Source: the human T2T-CHM13v2.0 reference genome, Homo sapiens. Taken from it: 64,000 nucleotides of DNA. The notes below the pieces were generated by a model. The model ran no database searches, had not been told where the DNA came from, and saw only the letters and a program-made list of their open reading frames with translations. Positions 46,591-60,410 of the stretch are shown here, in pieces. Every line of letters starts with the position of its first letter. Within the stretch, counting starts at the first letter, position 1. Both the position numbers and the translations under genes were made by a program. The stretch is from NCBI RefSeq assembly GCF_009914755.1, contig NC_060925.1; one strand, written 5' to 3'.

Positions 46591-46849
46591 TCATTCCCTC
46601 CCTTTGCTGGACCGTGGACAATGGCAAAGGTGGTGGGGAGCATTTGAACCAACTCCCCATATATTCCTTGGGTATATACTACAGGTGTAACATTAAACCC
46701 AGTCCTCTTAGAATACGGAGACCCATCTTAAGGATGATTCTTTAGGAAAACTTAAAAGAGTGAGCAGATTTAAACTGGTATTTGAAAGATGATGAGCTTT
46801 GGTTTCAGAGGGCAAAAGGAAGTCATTCCGCTTATACAGTGCATCCTGG

Positions 46850-47335
46850 GTGGACTCACTGGTTCTCAATATCCATTCATTCTTTCTTCCTTTTACTAAT
46901 GCACCTCCTACTACATCCCTGTCCCTCAGTTTAGCTCAGATGTGGCTACCTGCTACTTCTATGACCTTTTTTTTTTCTTTGCCTCCAGGAACGACCACAT
47001 GAATAAGTTCTGAACAATAGGATGTGACAAGAAGCACTGTTGTGGATCACTTCTCAAAATGAATTTACTTGTTCTGTGTGTCTTCTTCCCCTCTCTTGAG
47101 GATTGGCATGGGAGTATGATGGGGAAGAGTCATCTTTGCTCATAAAGACAATGGGGGATGATGAAGCAATAGAAAGAAGAAACTGGGTTCCTGGTGACTT
47201 TGTTGAGCACAGCCACCCTTCCCATCCAGACAGCCCAACAGCTCCACTCCTCCTTCCAGTTAAGCCACTGCTGTTTGATCTCCATTATTACAACTAAACC
47301 AGTATCTTCACTAATCATATCCTGAGGATGTAGGT
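46850..47335 (+). mobile_element. Old MaLR LTR (MLT1-like)
   Basis: atatccattcattctttcttcc...gcaatagaaagaagaaactgggttcctggtgactttgttgagc...ttaagccactg; approximate. Confidence 0.45.
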
Positions 47336-48431
47336 GCAGGTGAAAATGAGCCTAACACATGTGGGGACAGAAAAGGAATGGGTCTGAGTGGAAAAAAGGG
47401 AGGGTATTTGAGAGTAATAGGTAAAGGCAAACAGAGCACAGACTTACTTCTAGATTCTTGATGGGAGGAAGGCTAGGGATTCTGAGAAGAGAGCAAAGCA
47501 AATAAAGCCTTCCTACCCACATGCCACCAAAAAAGCATGGAATAAAATGAAAGATAATCCATGGAAAAAAGCCAAGAAGACACATTCCTCTCATTCCAAT
47601 TCAACTCAGCATCAGCTCAACTCATAGGAGGAGGGCTCTAAGAACAAGGTCCAACACCATCCTCACTAAGGGGTGGTTCTGTTTCTGTTAATTGACCAGC
47701 TGCACAGATGGGAAGTGAGGATGAACTGAGGCATCCCAGTCCATTCTGAATAGCCCTTTGCAAGCTCTGACTTGCACCGATCATAATCACTTTTCCCTAT
47801 TGTTCTATTTCCACCTTCTAAGGCCACAAAGAGCAAGTAGAATCCTTGCATAACTCTTGCTTCAAATGACAGTCACTCCCATGTGTGATGGTGGCTCCCA
47901 TGGAGTCTCATCTTATAGAGGCAAACAACTCTTTCATTAAGTCCTCATATTTATACATTTCTATTTTTGTCTTTGCAGACAGAATTCCCACCAAGGCTGT
48001 GCAGCCATGGGCAAACAAGTTTCCTTGCCATCCCAGCTTCTTTATCTGAAAAATGAAGAAGCTTGACTTTTCTATTTACAAGTCCTCGTGTCAAATACTT
48101 CTGGGAGGCAAGAATGTATACGGGGTGTTGGACAATAGGGAATGATGATAATCGTGGTGAACTGGAAACTACATACTTGACCTAAGGACATTAATGTTAA
48201 ATTTTGAGTTTTGTTTATTGCCTGCTAGTGTTTGCTTTTTGGTATTAAAGCTACATTAGCCATGTAAGCCACACCTGAATGCTAGATATAGGCAAGTTTA
48301 TAAATTCTGGTCTGAATGATCTTAAGGACTTCTCTAGCCCTAAAATTCCATTATTCTTTTAAGGTGTCCCATTTTACAGAGTGGACTCCAACTAGGCCTA
48401 TCTTTTGTGCCAAAGGGAGCAGATACACCCT

Positions 48432-48926
48432 TGTGCTGGACATCCTCCGTTTGCCCTTCCAGATTGCTTTTCCATTCTTCTCCACCTTGCTCTGTGCCCT
48501 GGAATCTAATTGTTAAGGACGCCATCAAGCTGAGCTCATTGAATTCTGAGTTCTAGTTGGAACTGGCCAATGAGAGTGCTAGCATGAAACAGGCAGGTGA
48601 GAGGAGAGAAAGGTTAGCCCCTCCCTATTTATCTGCTGGTTGGCAGTGGCTGGGTTCCTGTAATAAGGCCACATCCGCTGTCTGCTGGCCTTACCCTATG
48701 GCTACATGTCTCAATGGTTCAGATAACCATCCCTTCCTTTCCCTTTCAGGCCAAGGGACATAACTGGCTGCCCACTGGTAGGAACATTGGATATTTCACC
48801 ACCAACTCCCTTTTTGGTTTTTATTAACCCTTCCCATACCTCCACAAATAGTCCTTTCTCTAAAGCCCCCTTAGAACCCCCTTCTGAGTGTACCATCTGT
48901 TCCTTGCCAGGACCCTGACTAATTCA
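48432..48926 (+). mobile_element. ERVL solo LTR (LTR33-like)
   Basis: ttctccaccttgctctgtgccc...ggttggcagtggctg...tgagtgtaccatctgttccttgccaggaccctgactaattca. Confidence 0.75.
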
Positions 48927-49019
48927 CTATCAATCCTCTTCTCTATGTGCTTCCAGTGGGGATGAGGGGTGTCCATCCTAAAAGTTCGGATGTATTGGCC
49001 ATAAAAACAGGTTATAGGA

Positions 49020-49541
49020 TGTAGTGTTTATTACATCCCTTTAGTGGCCATCTATTTTTCGGTCTTTTCAGCACTTTCCCTTCCAGAAATAGTTAAGAAA
49101 CACTCTCTTCCATGATCCAAAGCATACAGAAGCACCAATCATAGGTGCCATGGTCTGGCATAGAATGGGCATGTGACCCAAGCCAAGTCATTAAATGAGC
49201 ATGCGATATAAGCCAGGACAAGTTCACTCAGGAATTTTTAAAATGGAACTAAGAGAAGGTGGCCCACTCCTTTTGGGTGATGATGCCTAGGAAGTGGTAG
49301 GTCCAGGAGTTACAATGATCATGCTTCAGCCTCAAGAAGAAAGCGAGGCTACGATGGTAACCCAGTGAAACAGAACCATAGGAAAAAGTAGAGACTACAC
49401 ATAGAGCAAGGTTGATTTGAGTCTGAATACCCAGTACCTGTCCTCCTGTAAGCCCAGCCATCCAGCAACTTACCTGCAGCATGCCTTTGGTTGACTTTTG
49501 CTTAAATTCCTTTGAATATAGTTTTTCTATTGACTAATACA
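49020..49541 (+). mobile_element. Old MaLR LTR (MLT1K/L-like)
   Basis: gaatgggcatgtgacccaagccaagtca...tgactaataca end. Confidence 0.55.
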
Positions 49542-50489
49542 TCCCTAGTGGAGATGGAGTTCAGGATTAGTCTGACTCCAACTGACCAGGTATGCAGTCT
49601 GTTAGAGAAGAGTTTAGCTCTGTATGATAAAATAGCTGCTGGATCCTCACTTTTGTGTAGTGCTCTGTGGTTTATAGAGTGCCTTCACACCCATTACCTC
49701 ATTTTATCCTTATAACAGTTCTAGGTGACAAATGGGGCAAGGTGTGTTATCCCCTATTAGCTGCCATGAGTCCTAGGGCTCAGAGAGGCAAAAGACTTAA
49801 AGATAAAGCCACTTTCAGCTTTGGTCTTAAACTTGGTGAGACCATGCCAAGCCTTCTCCTAAAGAGGCATAGCGGCCCTGTTTGTACAATGTGTTCCTGA
49901 ATGGATCTTGGCTTATATCCACACCTCTTTTTGCCACTGTCTTCTCTGTGTCTGAAAATATTCTTCATTCTCTCTACTTTGAAATATACAGTCTGTTCTA
50001 TTTTTACCTCCAGCTTGAACTCTGGCACTCAATGTTTCTGCTTTTAGCCTCTCTGATGTGCCATGAACCTTGAGGCTCATGGCAGGTCTCCTCCCTCCTG
50101 ATTAAACCTCTCTTTCTTCACCTCAACCATCTCATAAACTTCCTGTGAAAAGTCTTAGTGGCATTGCTTAATATGACCTTGACTCCAGCCCCAGAAGGAC
50201 ACGTAGCTGAGGGAAATCTAGCATCCCAGTTAATCTGACTTAGTCCCTTGTCCTTTCTACTGTCAGTCAAGCCCACATGCAAGAGCAGAGAAAGACCCTT
50301 ATATTCAGAAAACAGTACATTTAGATTTTCCCTAATAGTAGTGTCTTGAGTGTCTTGTCGATGACTCTGAGGATGGAATGTCATTTTCTAAGGTTTCACT
50401 TTCAGTCACGATGCACAAGCTTACAAAGAAAAGTGTAGAAGTTGGAATAATACGATATGCTTTTTACAAATAAGACAAAAGACTGAAAT

Positions 50490-50543
50490 AGAGGATACAG
50501 CCCAAATTAGCACAAGAGGATACAGCCCAAATTAGCACAAGAG
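50490..50543. repeat. Perfect 25-bp tandem duplication
   Basis: agaggatacagcccaaattagcaca x2 plus agag. Confidence 0.97.
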
Positions 50544-51017
50544 CAACTCCCACTGATGAGAAAATTATCTGACTGCAAATTACACACTGCTACTCCATGA
50601 GCTCCATTGAGGTTTAAGGTATTGGATTAACCAAAATGAAGCAGAAGAAAAAAAAAATGAGCTAGAAAAACAAATGCACCAAGGTGAAAAGGAAAAACAC
50701 AAATTAATATTTGCTAATTATATGGTATATACTGGTCTATATCAGTCATATTATTCCCATTTTAAAATGCACAAGGTTTGGTGGGTAGTAAAATGCCAAG
50801 AAGATAAGGCAGTTGGTCATTGTCTAATCTAGGATTACAGGATGGGTCAGTTTGGCTTCAGAAACTCACCTTCCTAGTGAGAGATAGACTTTCTCTTGCT
50901 CAGTTGAGCAGTATTGATCAGGAAAAGAATCTGTTGTGTCAGAGGAAGGCAATATGTCAGATCTGATTACCACAGATAAAATGTACTAAGTCAGGGGAAC
51001 ATTTATAGATCATCAGA

Positions 51018-51448
51018 TATATCTGTCAGGGTCCCAGCAAGAAACTGGCAGCACACTCAAGAGAGAAGAGCTCAAGGAGAGACTAATTATAAAGGTGTAA
51101 GCAAGGGAAGGGAATCCTAGGGGATGAAGCAGTAACCCAGAGCTGATAATAGTGGAGGTTACCACCCCAGGCTAGAGGGTAAGAGGTAGGAGAGAACTCT
51201 ATATGAGAGGGATTCCTGTAGAGCAGCCCCCTTGAAGGGGATTAGTGACATCTGAGACAGCCAAACCAAGGTGAGCCCACTGGGAGGAATTCAGGGAAAA
51301 AAATAGCCTGATCTCACTCTTATTTCTTACTTTATCCAGAGGCTTTAAAGGTACAGAAGGCCACTTATGTATTTCATACAGGTCAGCCTCCTGGGGCAGG
51401 CACAGAAGGGTGGAGGGAAGACCTCATTAAATAAAGACATCCAGCACA
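51018..51448 (-). mobile_element. ERVL solo LTR (LTR33-like)
   Basis: tatctgtcagggtcccagcaagaaac...gcacactcaa...caggtcagcctcctggggcag...catccagcaca is the reverse complement of the 48.4-kb family. Confidence 0.7.
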
Positions 51449-51497
51449 CCAAAACAGGCAGAAAGCAGACATGATAACGAGATTGCCACCTATTTAC

Positions 51498-51601
51498 CTT
51501 CTTGTAACCATAAGAATGAGGGAAGCTTCATTCCGACGGAGTTCGACCAAAATAGAGAAGAAGTTGTAAGGGTACGTGTAACCACTCTAGATTGGATACT
51601 C
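51498..51601 (-). other. Candidate spliced exon (104 nt)
   Basis: Acceptor tttttctcattatcatatcattagctgcag|G and donor GAAG|gtaaat; four CpGs in unique sequence; one open frame. Confidence 0.35.
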
Positions 51602-51859
51602 CTGCAGCTAATGATATGATAATGAGAAAAATCATATGCAACTGAAGTGGATATTTCAATAAAGAGTTGAGCAACATGTGGTCTAGTTAGGACCATCTTG
51701 GAAAGACTTTGGGAGGTATTGGTGGAGTAGATGTGGAGAAGAGTTAACTTATTCAGAGAATTATACTGAAATTACTCCCTCAGAAAAACCTTGGATCTAC
51801 CAGAGCTTGTTTCTTTGCAAACTTGCTCATAGGCCATGTAAATAAAACTGAATGTCATC

Positions 51860-52690
51860 TGGTGAATGATGAAATGAAGGAAATAGAATCAGAGAGGTGG
51901 TGAGATATTAAATCACATAGGTCTGTTGGAAAATTTTGAAAGGAGGAGCATGTGATTTGACTTACATTTTAATAGGCTTGTTCAGGAAAATGTGTGAAGA
52001 GATTGTACAGGGACATGACTGGATGTCGAGGACCAGGTAAGAAGCTAATGCAATAATTTAGGCAAAAAGGATGATGGTAACAGTGGAGGTGGTGAGAAGT
52101 GGCCACATCCTCAGTATTTTTGTAAGTAATACTATGGAATCAGCTGAATAAGTGGATATCAGGTGTGAGAAAAGGAGTGAAAAGAAGCCCAAAGGTTTCA
52201 GCCTAAGCAATGGAAGGATAAAGTTGACATTTGTTAAGGCAGGGAAGACTGTAAGTGAAGCTGTATTTTATCTGGGGTGAAGGGAGAAATCAGGAGTTTG
52301 GTTTTGAACATATTGGCTTTGAGATATATATTAGACATTCAAATGGAAATATTAAAAAGGTTATTGGATATATACAGGTCTAGAATTCAGTGTAGAAGTG
52401 TATGCAGGAGACACCAATCTGGATATTAGCACATAAACAGTATTTAAAACTACAAGACTGTATGGGGTTACCAAAAAAGTGAGAAAAGCAGAATCCTGGA
52501 CCACACCGCAGTTCAGAGTTTGGAAAAATGAGGAAGAGCCAGTAAAGGAAAACTGAGGATTGGTCAACGAGGTAGAAAGAAAAACCTCTGATGGAATTGC
52601 AACATGGGCAGAAACCAGAGGTAGGAAGGCAGGTGAGTCACTGGTTTCCAAGTACAAATAAGAATTAGCACCTTGGAGTTTCATACCTGA
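51860..52690 (-). mobile_element. L2 fragment
   Basis: atgatggtaacagtggaggtggtgagaagtgg...caggagtttggttttgaacat...ttggatatatacaggtctagaattcag. Confidence 0.8.
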
Positions 52691-52820
52691 CAATACATGA
52701 AACAAGACTTCAAAAGAATTTTTGTGAAAACTTGTTTATAATTATAAGTCTTTGATTGTGGGAAGAAGTTGAATACAAAGTATGAAACTCTTTGTTCTGA
52801 CAGTGACTGTAAGTTGTTGA

Positions 52821-53185
<365 letters not shown>

Positions 53186-53444
53186 TAGAAAGATCTGCAT
53201 TCATTCATTCATTTATTCAACAAGTATTGCTTTATGATATGCCAGACACTGATATAAATGCCAGGCACCACAGTGAATACAACCAAAAGAAATACCTGCC
53301 TCCAAGGAGCTTTCTTTTAGCAATCAATGTGCAGGAGTGGACAGAAAATGGGGTGCAAATCTCAGCCATCTCACCTACCTCTTGAGTAAGTCACCTAATC
53401 TCTTCCTCTTCCAGAGCCTCATCCAGAAAAGAGGATTCAGAATA

Positions 53445-53862
53445 GGCATTAGGTTGTGAAAGCTGCCATAAACAAAGTGCCACTAACTGGGTGGCTTAAA
53501 CAACAGAAATGTATTGTTTCACAGTTCTGGGGGTAGAAGTCCACAATCAAGGTTTCAGCAGGGTGGATTCTTCTAAGGGCTATGAGAAAAGGATGTGATC
53601 CAGGCCTCCCTCCTTGGCTTGTAGATTTTTGTCCTCTTTCTATGTCTTCTCACATCATCTTCCTTCTATGCTTTTCTCTCTGTGTCCACATCCCTTTTTA
53701 TAAGGATGCCAGTCTTATTAAATTAGAGACGATTCTAATGACTTCATTTTAATTTGCTTACCTCTGTCAAGCTCTGTCTCCAAATAAGATCACATTCTGA
53801 GGAAGCAGGGGTTAGGATTCTAATATATCTTCTTTTGGGAGGACACAAAGTCAACCCTAACA
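53445..53862 (-). mobile_element. MLT1B/C-like MaLR solo LTR
   Basis: actgggtggcttaaacaacagaaatgtattgtttcacagttctgg...tcacattctgagg...ggacacaaagtcaaccctaaca; TSD gaata/gaatg. Confidence 0.85.
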
Positions 53863-54834
53863 GAATGCCTGTTTGTATGCTAACTCTTTGGATGGCTGCA
53901 AGGCTCCTGGCAAGTAGCAGGCAGAAAGCCACTGTAGTCAAGTGATCAGCACTCAGAATCTAGACCAAGTGTCCACTCCAGAGCAGTCTTTGATACTGAC
54001 TCTGCTTATTACTGACCTTGGTTGTATTCCTTAACCTTTCATTGAGCTTCCTCTTCAACTGAAATATGGGACAGGTGAGGTGGGGAATGGCACCTGCCTC
54101 ATAGGGCCAGTGCAAGGGTCAAATATAGCAAAATATGGATCTTGCATAGTCTAAGTACTCTAACAAATGGTAGCTGTGTATGTATTTTTAAATTCTTGAA
54201 GAATGAATGTATGTGTAAAATGAGATAAGGGAAGTAGAGGGCTTCACATAAAAAAGTATTCTACAAAAAGCAATAATCTCATTTATAAATTGTTTTAAGG
54301 TTTACAGGGCATTTTCACATCCTCGCAGTAACCCACTTTGATGGATACTATATTCCCATTTTATAGATGAGAACATTGAGGCTTGGAGAGGGATGTAAAT
54401 TGGTAGCCAAAAGATTAGAGTGGTTGTGGTTCTCTTGGATATTCTAAAGGTGGTGCTTTCTTTTTCTTTTACTTTTTTAAATTATCTTGTAGCTCTTCTT
54501 AAGCTCACATACTGAGCATGCTGCAATATAAACAATCCTGATGAGAAGCTGTCCAAAGGAATTCACAGCATCTTTGCACTCCTTGCTGAATACTTAAAAT
54601 CTTCAACACATTCAGGCTGGGATCGGTTTCCTAAATGCCTTTATGCTTTGGAAGCTGAGAGTTTGGCTCCTTGGGGACCTTTCTGCTTCCATTTAAACCC
54701 AAAGCAATGGACTTGAAAATCGAAATCCAAAAAGCTAACAAAGACCTTATTAATTGTGGCTTCTTTATAAACAGTTTTTTTCACTCTTCTTTCTCCTCTC
54801 TCTAGGCAACCCTTGCATAAAAATATCCACTCAC

Positions 54835-54952
54835 CAACTGTTCACCAACTGTTCTTCCTCTTGCTGGCATACCTTATGCAGCATCCTCAGATGCCAGAGC
54901 GCGTTTCTGCTGCAGCCTCCACGATGCCTGGGCTGATAGCAATCAGGTCCTG
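54835..54952 (-). other. Candidate spliced exon (118 nt; NAGNAG acceptor)
   Basis: Acceptor catctctccctcctctcccacactcctcaccatag|cag and donor TTG|gtgagt; unique CpG-containing sequence. Confidence 0.4.
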
Positions 54953-55044
54953 CTATGGTGAGGAGTGTGGGAGAGGAGGGAGAGATGGTGTTGTCTGGCA
55001 CGGGAAGCCCAGGCCGTGTGGCAATTAGGGCTCAGACTGGAAAG

Positions 55045-55290
55045 GCAGTGGCCACGTCATAGGCTTTGGAGTCAGAAAGCCCTAGGTTTGAGTCCCAGCT
55101 CAGCCATGTTCTTACTGTGTGTTATCATTCAAATTACTATGTTTCACTGTCTGAGCCCAAAATTTCTCTCCTGTAAAAGACAGATAATAACTGTTTCTAA
55201 GGACTGTCATGAAGATTTTTTAAAAATTCCTGTATGTGATGGACATGACATGGTGCTTGGTACATTATACAAACTCAATACAGGAAAATT
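55045..55290 (+). mobile_element. MIR SINE
   Basis: ggctttggagtcagaaagccctaggtttgagtcccagctc...ctgtaaaagacagataataa. Confidence 0.8.
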
Positions 55291-56535
55291 TCCTTTATCT
55301 CTTTTTAACTCCCAAGAAGCTCATTAGTCCAGTAAGGAACCAAATTAAAAAAAAAAAAAAGGAAATCTATGTGAGTGTTAAATATTTAAAAAATAGTTGA
55401 ATAAGGTAGTATAAATACATACGTTAATACTATTTTTATTCAGTAGTATAAAAGATGAAATAGGACAGTATCTGGTGACTTAGGAAATGGAAATGGCTGT
55501 AAGTGCTAGATTTCAGAGAAGGAAGAGATCTTCGGAGGCTGAAGAAGTCCTTTCTGCTCTTTTTAGGGAGTCTAGTTCTAGCCAAGCTCTGCCTCTCAGT
55601 ATGTGGAGCAATTAATTCCTTCAATTCCTCCACAAACATTTGCAAGTGTTGTCTTTGGCCTAGGCCTAAGCCATGCAGGCATGAGGAGAACAGACCCCAG
55701 CCTCAACCCTTAGGAGCTTGCAGAGGAGCCAGAGAACCAGGCATGCAAACAGGTGTAACAGGTAAGAGGGACAGAATCATATGACTGTTTATGGAGCAGG
55801 CCTGGAGGAGCTGGACAGATTAGAGACCAAATTCCAGCTCAGCTACTTACTGGCACCATGGCTAGTAGCTTAACTTCTCTGAGTCTTCTTTTTTCATTTG
55901 AAAAATTGAGATAATAATAATGAGTTCTTCACCTTGTTGCAAAGATGAAGTGATATAATGCTTGTTAATGCAAAGCAAAGTCCTGGTATTTAGGAGTTCA
56001 ATAATTGTTAACTGGTATAATTCAAGGTGAAAACCGTGTATACACTTATTTAGAGATTTTGAATTATAATAATATATGCATGTGTATACATTTGTATATA
56101 GGTAATATGTATGTGTCTACATATACATATAATAATATGTGTACATTTACAATATAGATTATATATGTATATGTGTATATCGTACTGTGGAAAGCTCTTA
56201 ACCTCTAAACTTTTCAATTTCCTTCTTCTCAAAATTATCAGTTGGCTCAGAACTCCGCCTGTGATCTTGGACACATCAGGCTTTCCACAGTCTCACTCAT
56301 CCACCCTCAGCATTATCTCTGACCAAATGAGTCCCCCACCTTCCTGTCATGCTCAACCATAGGAGTCCTGAGTATTCTCAAGAGTCACTTCCTAAAACCT
56401 TGCAAATCTCTGGATTTATGAGGGTTGAAATGACAGCAAGCACATCAAAAGTCCATAAAGAATTGTACTGGGACCCAAATTCTTTTTTCTAAAAAGTTAG
56501 TAGATGAGCAAGACATGTTCTTCACTTAAAGCTTA

Positions 56536-56845
<310 letters not shown>

Positions 56846-56919
56846 TCACAGAATGAGGGAGCCAACTGAACTTGGAGTTAAATTAAGAGAGTGGCGATCT
56901 AAAGTCTGGTTCAGCAACT

Positions 56920-57180
56920 TGAGAGTTAAGAGTAGTTTCAGAAGTCAAATGATCCCAATTCAAATCCTGGCTATGCCTCTGCTTGACTAGACTATCTTGA
57001 GCAAGTTACTTAACCTCACTAGGTCTCGACTTGCTCATCTTTAAGTGGGATCTTTATAGTGCCTACCTTAAAATTTTGCTGTGAATTCTGACTGTGATAG
57101 CACATGGAAGTTAAATATCACCGTATCTGCCTGGTATATAACTTCTCAATAAACATTAGTCATCATTATTATTATTATTA
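56920..57180 (+). mobile_element. MIR SINE
   Basis: ttcaaatcctggct...cttgagcaagttacttaacctc...ctcaataaacattag. Confidence 0.8.
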
Positions 57181-57442
57181 CTCTTATTTTTCCATGGGCA
57201 TAGTGTATTTGTACAGAGACATTTTCACCCACATCAATTTTGTCTAGCCATTTTCTCCAATAAGCTTCATCAACTAGGTACTGACATCCTCCTTCCTATG
57301 ATCATCTCACCACTTAGAAAAAAACTTCTTACCTTCTGACATGATTTGATTCAACAGCCACACTAGTGCCTAGCTCATCACTGAAATGTTGGTTCAGGCT
57401 CCCCAAGAAAATGGAATAATACATTTACGAATCCCAGGAAGA

Positions 57443-57758
57443 GGCCAGGTGTGGTGGCTTGCACCTGTAATCCTGGCACTTTGGGAGGTTGAGGTGGGAG
57501 AATCACTTGAGGCAAGGAGTTCAAGACCGGCCTGGATAACATAATCTCTACAATTTTTTTTTTTAATTTAGCCACACATGGTGGCATGTGCCTGTAGTTC
57601 CTGTAGTTCCTGCTACTTGGGAGGCTGAGGTGGGAGGATGACTTGAGCCTGAAAGGTTAAGGCTGCAGTGAGCTGCAATTATGTACCACTGCATTCCAGC
57701 CTGGCAACAGAGTGAGATCCTGTCTCAAAAAAAAAACAAAACAAAAAAAAATAAAAAC
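57443..57758 (+). mobile_element. AluJ
   Basis: gaatcacttgaggcaaggagttcaagacc...ggaggatgacttgagcc...aggctgcagtgagc. Confidence 0.9.
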
Positions 57759-57939
57759 CTCAAGAGCCACTTTTAAAATTTTTTACTTATTTTTCCCCCA
57801 ATTTTATGCTATATTTTCTTACATGCCTTTATAATATAACATGCTTCATTCCCCCTCCTTTTGCCCACCTTTCCTCTTGCCCATTTTACCTGGGTTACTT
57901 CTTCCATGTCCTTCAAAATTAAGCTCACATATGACAGTA

Positions 57940-58225
57940 TTCATTCATTCATTCAACCAAAAATTAAAATATCAGATACTGTGCTAGGTGCTGGATATAT
58001 AATGGTAAGCAAAACAAATGAGGTCCCTATTTTCCTGGGCTTAGAGTCTAGAAGCCAAACAGATATTGATGAAATTATCATACACATAACTCACTTTAGA
58101 CCATGACTAATGCCATGAAGAAAAGGCTCAGGGTGCCATGCAAGCATATTAGCATATTACAGAGTGACCTGGTCACATATGAAGAGTTAGGGAAGGCACC
58201 TTGGAAAAAGTGACATTAGGCTGGG
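57940..58225 (-). mobile_element. L2 3' end
   Basis: ttcattcattcattcaacc...cagatactgtgctaggtgctgga. Confidence 0.75.
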
Positions 58226-60189
58226 TTAGGTATCTTATCTGTAGTTTCACATGAACCTCTGCTTCTAGATCATTGCATTTACCAATCACGGTGCACCGTT
58301 ATTCTCTCTCCATCTGTTTGTCCCTCTTGCTAATCTGTGAACGTCCTGAAAGCTGGTGAAGAATCTTATTCCCAGAACCTATTACAAGCCCGGCACTTAG
58401 TAGGAGCACAAGAATTGATCATTAAATGATTTCTTGTTGTTGAAATAAAGTTTAAGGACCCTTTGAGCTGATCATTTCTCTCAATCTAGCCCAGAATCAG
58501 TCCTGAAAATTCTAGACACCCTGCGTCACGCCCATGCTGCTGCCCACTTCCCCTTTCCCCAGTAATCATCCCCTGGGAAGAGGTGCTGTAACTCTACATC
58601 AGCCCCAGGGCAGCTCTCATCTGCTCTGCCACCAAACTCATATCGCATTACATTTAATACATGTGTATAATGAATGCCGCACACATTTGGCAGTGCTTCT
58701 GTGCACCGTGTCATTATAAGCTGTATTGACAGCAAACAAGTCACATATTCTCCCTGCGAACACTACAGGAAGAAAGAACATATAATTTTGTTGTTGTTTG
58801 TATGTTTTTCTCCAAGTCACATTGGACACCATTTGCCTTTCATTAGAAACACCATGCTGACAGTAAAATCACATATCCCCAACACACAAAGAGGAGAAAA
58901 ACAAGCTGTTTGGGCCCCCTGTGAAGGGGAGGAGCAAGGACATGGCCTCTGGGGAGGGGCTAGGGGTAACAGAACTGGGTGATTTCCAGGGCTTTAGTGG
59001 CTCTGATCCCCCTAGAGAGAGTTGATGCTCTCTTGCCCCGCAGGGTCTGTCTGTATCATCATGCCCTGCAGTTTTACTCCACTCAAACCTTGCCTCATGC
59101 ATTCACTTATTCATTAATTTATTCACTCATTAATTCATCCAACAATGTATTGCTGTATATTCTTTCTGGAATTAAGTTAAGTGGGGAATGTAGAATACTG
59201 AAATACATTGAGCTCTTACTGTAGACACTTGCTACATATTTAATTTTCACAGAACCTTATGAGGTCAGTAACTATTGATTGCTTCACAGCTTTGATAACT
59301 GAGCATCAGAAAGCTAAAGTGACTTGCTCAAAATTACCAAGTACGTAAGATCAAGATTTGAACCTAGGCCTATTTCAGTACAGAGAGTAAATAAATGGAT
59401 GAGTATTTACCGAGTGTCTATAATGTGAGGCACTACTCATGTTTCCAGCATAGATTTGACATTACAATTGTTTACACCCCTGCCTTCCCCACTAGACTGC
59501 AAGCTCATTCATTTATTCATTCAATGCTTATTCAATGGCTTTCCTGTACTGAACACTGTAAGTTATCCGATGGCAGAATTTACGTCTTAGTTATTTCTAT
59601 AGTCCTAGGCTATAACATAGAGCCTGGGACACAGCAGAAATATAAAATCTATTGAAAACAAGAGAAGAAGGAATGAAAGAGGGAGGCAGGAAGTTGTTCA
59701 CTGTCTAGGGGAAGATAGGCATGTAAACAGTGAACTGGGATGGAATAAGGCAAATAAAGGTAGACATTATTTGCTGGGGGAATATTGAGAAATAGACAGT
59801 TCCTGGCAACTGCAGGAACTAAAAAAAGTGTTTCACCCAAGAAGACTCACTAAGGCTAGTTATAAAGACTGAGAATTCCAATGTATGAAGAATGGATGGA
59901 ACATTCATGTGTGAAGAATGGATGGCAAAGAGATATGGTAGGGTATTGAAGGCCACACAATAGACAGCGTGAGTAGCTGGTAGGAATACAGAATCTATAG
60001 AGAGACAGAGTAGGAAACAGGCTAGAAAGACAAAGTCAGATCGTAGAGAGTGTCAGCTTTCTTTCTATTTTATTTGGTAGGGACTGGAGAGATTTATCTC
60101 ATAGTTGTTTCTCTTCACATGAACTAATAAACTTTTCTTCAGAAAGGCAATAGGATTGGGTGAATTGAATAATCCAATTACCAAGAATA

Positions 60190-60410
60190 TGGCATCAGGA
60201 GTCAAACAGTCCTGAGTTCAAGTTGTGCTTTGCCACCTCATAGGGGTATCACTTTGGGTGATCTAATTCTATTCTCTAACCTCTGGCCTCTTCGTAACAA
60301 AATCGAGTTGATAGGACCTGTGTCATAGGTGGTGAGGATACATTAAATAAATATGCAAAAATTCTTAAGAATTTTTGGTATGCAATAAGCTTTTGATAAA
60401 GGTTATTGAT
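60190..60410 (+). mobile_element. MIR SINE
   Basis: ggagtcaaacagtcctgagttcaag...ggtgaggatacattaaataaatatgcaaaa. Confidence 0.7.
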
